Assembly (NCBI GenBank): GCA_036506235.1
Contig: DASXSA010000135.1
Span: forward strand, 1-36,485
DNA: 36,485 nucleotides
Direction: 5' to 3'
DNA from: Candidatus Limnocylindrales bacterium
GTDB taxonomy: Bacteria > Chloroflexota > Limnocylindria > Limnocylindrales > CSP1-4
Of this stretch, positions 34,438-36,485 are shown in pieces (within the stretch, counting starts at the first letter, position 1; each line of letters begins with the position of its first letter). The notes under the pieces are model-generated. The model worked only from the letters and a program-made list of their open reading frames with translations. It made no database searches and had not been told where the DNA came from. Position numbers and translations under genes: made by a program.

Positions 34438-34743
34438 CTACCCGAGCCCGAGCAAACGGCGCACGGAGACAACTATGGCCGCCGCACAGCGGGCGGTGCC
34501 GAAGCGCGGCGCGTCCCCGAGCGCGGCGTCCCACAGCACGTGATCCCAGTCGGGATGGGTCGCGAAGCCCGCGACGACTACCTGTCCCGACGCGCGGAGG
34601 TCGTCCCCGATGCACGCCAGCTCCGTGGTGGTGATCCCGGGATCGACGACCAGCGCGCCGACCCGGCCGTGGACGACGACCGTCAGGTTCCAGAGCAGCT
34701 CGCTCCGGTGGACGAAGACCCCGTCCGCGACCGGTGTCAGCAC
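34438..34743 (-). pseudogene. Truncated MBL-fold metallo-hydrolase (N-terminal ~90 codons only)
   Basis: VFVHRSELLWNLTVVVHGRVGALVVDPGITTTELACIGDDLRASGQVVVAGFATHPDWDHVLWDAALGDAPRFGTARCAA matches the start of an actinobacterial MBL family of about 220-250 aa. The ORF then ends after unrelated residues. Confidence 0.6.
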
Positions 34744-34750
34744 GCGATGC

Positions 34751-35272
34751 CTACCCGCGGGTGCTCGTGCCGAGCTTGACGAGCAGCTCGTCCAGCTGGT
34801 CGAACGTCTCCGGGTTCCAGCTTGTCGCCCCGGACGCGACCGCGGCGTCGAGCGCCTCTTTCGACGGATAGCGGTCGTGGACGACCAGCCGGGTCCCGGC
34901 GCCGTGGTCCTCGAACGTCACGGTGGTCACGACCGTGCCCTCGTCACCTTCCTCGTTCGTCCAGACCAGACGCGTCGGCGGGGTCACCTCGAGGTACCGG
35001 CCAAAGAACGCCATCGGCTCGGCCGTGCCGTTGTCGAAGGTGAGCCGGTAGCCGCCCCCGACCCGCGCATCGATCTCGCACGACAGCAGCTTGATGCCGA
35101 CCGACTTCGGGACCCACCACTGCCGGAACAGCTCGGCATCGGTCCAGGCCTCGAACACGACGTCCCGCGGACCGTCGATCGTTCGGGTCACGACCAGCTC
35201 CTGCTCGGACGTCCGCTCGATCGTCGTGCGATCCATCGTGGTGGTGGCCTCAGCTGCGCTTCGGGTGTCCAT
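34751..35272 (-). CDS. SRPBCC (AHSA1-like) protein
   Basis: ELVVTRTIDGPRDVVFEAWTDAELFRQWW ... GRYLEVTPPTRLVWT. AAGGAG lies 7 nt upstream of ATG 35272. Confidence 0.85.
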   Translation of the reverse strand: MDTRSAAEATTTMDRTTIERTSEQELVVTRTIDGPRDVVFEAWTDAELFRQWWVPKSVGIKLLSCEIDARVGGGYRLTFDNGTAEPMAFFGRYLEVTPPTRLVWTNEEGDEGTVVTTVTFEDHGAGTRLVVHDRYPSKEALDAAVASGATSWNPETFDQLDELLVKLGTSTRG

Positions 35273-35615
35273 CGTTCCGCTCCTTCCATCGTCGCTCCGA
35301 GATGACCTGCTCCAGCACGTCGAACCGGGCGTCCCACAGCCGGCGCTGTTGCTCGATCCACGCGGTCTCGTCCTCGAGTCGCCGCGGGCCGAGCCGGCAC
35401 GTCCGCACCCGCCCGACCTTCTCGGTCGTGACGAGCTCGGCGTGCTCCAGCACCCCGACGTGCTTCCGCATGCCCGTAAGGGTCATGTGGAATGCCTCGG
35501 CCAGATCCGAGATCGACGCGTCGCCTCGTCCGAGCCGCTCCAGGACGCCACGCCGGGTGGCATCGGACAGCGCCGCGAAGGAGGCATCGAGTCGGCCATC
35601 GGGATACTGAACCAT
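35250..35615 (-). CDS. ArsR/SmtB-family transcriptional regulator
   Basis: FAALSDATRRGVLERLGRGDASISDLAEAFHMTLTGMRKHVGVLEHAELV. Confidence 0.85.
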   Translation of the reverse strand: MVQYPDGRLDASFAALSDATRRGVLERLGRGDASISDLAEAFHMTLTGMRKHVGVLEHAELVTTEKVGRVRTCRLGPRRLEDETAWIEQQRRLWDARFDVLEQVISERRWKERNDGHPKRS

Positions 35616-35625
35616 CTAGTTCAGT
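35606..35625. promoter_or_regulatory. Palindromic candidate ArsR operator over the start codon
   Basis: ACTGAAC-N6-GTTCAGT (35606-35612 and 35619-35625) spans ATG 35615. A TATAAA box lies 9 nt upstream of the ATG on the coding strand. Confidence 0.4.
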
Positions 35626-35737
35626 TTATACGCCTGTCTGGACCGGGATGCAAGTCCGATCTCGTGAGCGGGCGCACCGACCCCTGGACACGAGTCAAGA
35701 TGGCGTGGGGCCGGATCACGTCGCAGGGAGGAGGATC

Positions 35738-35905
35738 GTGTCCGTCAGGCTCACTCCGTCGGCATACGCCCGCGGATTCGCGCTCGCGCTGCCCGAAAAG
35801 GTTGCAGTGGCGCGCCCGACAGGTGTTGGACGCGCGATTTCAACCTGCACCATCCCGATCGAGGGCCGGGATGAGTGGCTGGCCGCGGCGAGGCGGCTGG
35901 CGTGA
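35738..35905 (+). CDS. Hypothetical 55-aa protein coupled to the LuxR gene
   Basis: The GTG is preceded by GGGAGGAGGA. VSVRLTPSAYARGFALALPEKVAVARPTGVGRAISTCTIPIEGRDEWLAAARRLA. Its stop overlaps the next start (GTGA at 35902-35905). Confidence 0.4.
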   Translation: MSVRLTPSAYARGFALALPEKVAVARPTGVGRAISTCTIPIEGRDEWLAAARRLA

Positions 35906-36138
35906 GGTTCCGGACTCCAGCCCGGGCGACGGAGCGTGAGGTCGTCGTGGTCGCCGCGGTCCTCGCAGCCGGCTCGGAGAAGGCTGCCGCCCACCGGCTC
36001 GGCCTGTCGCACTCGACCGTCAAGCACCACCTGGCGAATGCGCCGTCGAAGGTGGGCGCGGAGACGACGGCGCAACTCGTGTGGATCCTCGCCCCGCGGC
36101 TGCCGGAACCTGACGATGGCAGCCGAAGGGTCGAGTAG
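35902..36138 (+). CDS. Small LuxR/GerE-type HTH protein
   Basis: TEREVVVVAAVLAAGSEKAAAHRLGLSHSTVKHHLANAPSKVGAETTAQLVWIL is the GerE HTH pattern. The start is uncertain (GTG 35902 or ATG 35875). Confidence 0.7.
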   Translation: MRFRTPARATEREVVVVAAVLAAGSEKAAAHRLGLSHSTVKHHLANAPSKVGAETTAQLVWILAPRLPEPDDGSRRVE

Positions 36139-36299
36139 GGCGGTTTAGGTGAGCGCGCGGTTGGCCTTCGGGTGCGATCGTCCCAGCTGACTACGTGCGC
36201 GGCCACCTGGAGAGAGCCCAAGTGACCAGGTCCGCGCCTCGCGCGTCGATTTCTGCCGGACCCCATGTCGCGTACTTGATTTGGCAGGACTCGCCGCGG

Positions 36300-36355
36300 G
36301 AGTGCGTCGGCCTCCGGAGCCGAAGGTCGCAGGTTCGAATCCGCCGGGCGCGCCA
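36300..36355 (+). tRNA. tRNA-Arg(CCG)-derived 3-prime fragment / pseudo-tRNA (not a complete tRNA)
   Basis: The anticodon arm is perfect: TCGGC-CTCCGGA-GCCGA (36307-36323), anticodon CCG. It is followed by variable loop AGGTC, T-arm 5-prime half GCAGG and T-loop TTCGAAT. The 3-prime T-stem reads CCGCC instead of CCTGC, which looks like a 1-nt deletion. CGGGCGC-G-CCA then follows. No complementary 5-prime acceptor strand or proper D-arm lies upstream. Confidence 0.45.
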
Positions 36356-36373
36356 CCGCGGTTCTGGTGGCGC
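36350..36373 (+). terminator. 8-bp GC stem-loop immediately after the tRNA-like element
   Basis: GCGCCACC (36350-36357), loop GCGGTTCT, then GGTGGCGC (36366-36373). There is no U-tract. Confidence 0.3.
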
Positions 36374-36386
36374 CACGAGGGCCAGG

Positions 36387-36485
36387 CTAGTACCGCACCT
36401 GAAACACGAACGTGCGCAGCCACAGAAACACCAGCAAGAGCCCGGCGATGACGGCAGTCACGACCACGTCGAGGATCCGGGCCGC
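36387..36485 (-). CDS. 3-prime end of a membrane-protein ORF entering from the right edge
   Basis: The minus strand reads ...AARILDVVVTAVIAGLLLVFLWLRTFVFQVRY then a stop (TAG at 36389-36387). A TM helix followed by RTFVFQ resembles the N-terminal anchor region of signal peptidase I. In that case the ORF would be truncated here. Confidence 0.35.
   Translation of the reverse strand, partial: AARILDVVVTAVIAGLLLVFLWLRTFVFQVRY

Noticed and set aside
36241-36354. Attempt to fold a complete tRNA using GCGCGTC (36241-36247) as the 5-prime acceptor strand
   Set aside because: The span would be 114 nt. It forces an impossible T-arm register and leaves no D-arm, so only the 3-prime half is tRNA-like.
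1-36485. Mobile element, prophage, CRISPR or classic defence-island call for the window
   Set aside because: I could recognise no integrase, transposase, recombinase, terminal inverted repeats, phage structural genes or spacer-repeat array. Only indirect scars are present (the tRNA fragment and truncated genes), and those are reported as findings.

Overview
High-GC, Actinobacteria-like chromosomal segment (GC judged by eye, not computed) with about 45 supportable genes. I found no rRNA, CRISPR array, transposase or integrase. All family assignments come from motif recognition by eye; no database search was run.

Layout, left to right:
- 1-3266: partial ECF sigma factor, an ArsR-SRPBCC pair, an alpha/beta hydrolase and a DUF1905/YdeI-like gene.
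- 3310-11882, minus strand: a tightly coupled 8-gene PTS operon. It holds an MtlR-like regulator, a mannitol-type EIIC, an EIIB, an EIIA-HPr fusion, a 99-aa unknown, a 574-aa two-Rossmann MDR dehydrogenase, a FruK-like kinase and PtsI. There is no canonical MtlD.
- 12202-13650: a solitary GHKL ATPase with a C-terminal HExxH motif.
- 13844-22250: FAD/BBE oxidase, fragmented small ORFs, a GT39-like membrane glycosyltransferase, a two-META-domain lipoprotein, a YciI plus ECF42-type sigma pair and a BenE-like transporter.
- 22320-26125: a class II (UvrB-binding-domain-less) UvrA paralog coupled to DUF1801, then a VOC/glyoxalase and an AraC regulator.
- 26197-31643: small membrane and stress proteins, then a DUF4242-adenylate cyclase coupled to a TMEM175-type channel.
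- 32339-36485: a hydrolase, two more ArsR-SRPBCC pairs in mirror orientation around a truncated MBL gene and a LuxR gene fragment, a small ORF plus LuxR pair, a tRNA-Arg(CCG) 3-prime fragment and a partial membrane gene.

The best candidates for new biology are the non-canonical polyol PTS pathway, the GHKL-HExxH fusion, and the decayed, rearranged right end with the tRNA remnant.
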